From Hydrolagus colliei (Eukaryota), in NCBI GenBank assembly GCA_035084275.1, contig CM068756.1:14570001-14634000 (forward strand): a stretch of DNA of 64,000 nucleotides, written 5' to 3'. Shown here piece after piece: positions 63,822-64,000 of the stretch. A program made the translations under genes and the position numbers. Below the pieces are notes generated by a model. The model had not been told where the DNA came from. It made no database searches and was given only the letters and a program-made list of their open reading frames with translations. Positions within the stretch are counted from its first letter, which is position 1; each line of letters begins with the position of its first letter.

Positions 63822-63935
63822 ATCTCATTGCTCTGTTCCATTATTTAAAAATCGCTGGATATGCAGGAGGTGCGTTTGCATTTCTGCTGCTTCTCATTCT
63901 CATTGCAAAGCGAAGCCACCTAAGGAAAAAGACTG
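63822..63935 (+). CDS. Gene D, TM exon (open into downstream cytoplasmic exons)
   Basis: cgtttAG, phase 1/1, GTAAGT donor: DLIALFHYLKIAGYAGGAFAFLLLLILIAKRSHLRKKT; no stop. Confidence 0.82.
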
Positions 63936-64000
63936 GTAAGTAATATTCTCTTTGTATTCAGATAAATTAAAACTTTGATTAAGGTCAATATCTCCTTGAG

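Overview
Eukaryotic (vertebrate) genomic DNA, most likely from a cartilaginous fish; this is inferred from the L2/CR1 LINEs, DeuSINE-like SINEs and gene type, not proven. The window holds a tandem cluster of Ig-superfamily receptor genes with leader / germline-joined VJ-type V / C1-set / TM exons, all joined by phase-1 introns and with no RSS. The V domains resemble NKp30 (NCR3), but each is followed by a C1 domain. The units are labelled here as follows. Gene A (- strand): leader and V at 688-1291, running off the left edge. Gene X (+, 6.6-10.9 kb): its own V exon was split and replaced by a 1.4-kb inverted copy of gene A's leader+V, and it has no TM exon, so it may be secreted. A dismantled pseudogene lies at 13.4-20 kb. 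Gene B (21.7-31.3 kb) and gene C (33.8-44.3 kb) are complete, with an Arg at the TM start and very short tails. Gene D (61.0 kb to the right edge) has an ectodomain almost identical to B's but an unrelated TM exon that continues into a cytoplasmic tail. A 15-kb repeat block separates C and D: two satellite families, MITEs, a solo LTR, a nested hAT element and a TG repeat. Exon boundaries were derived by hand; family assignments are from recognition only, with no database search.
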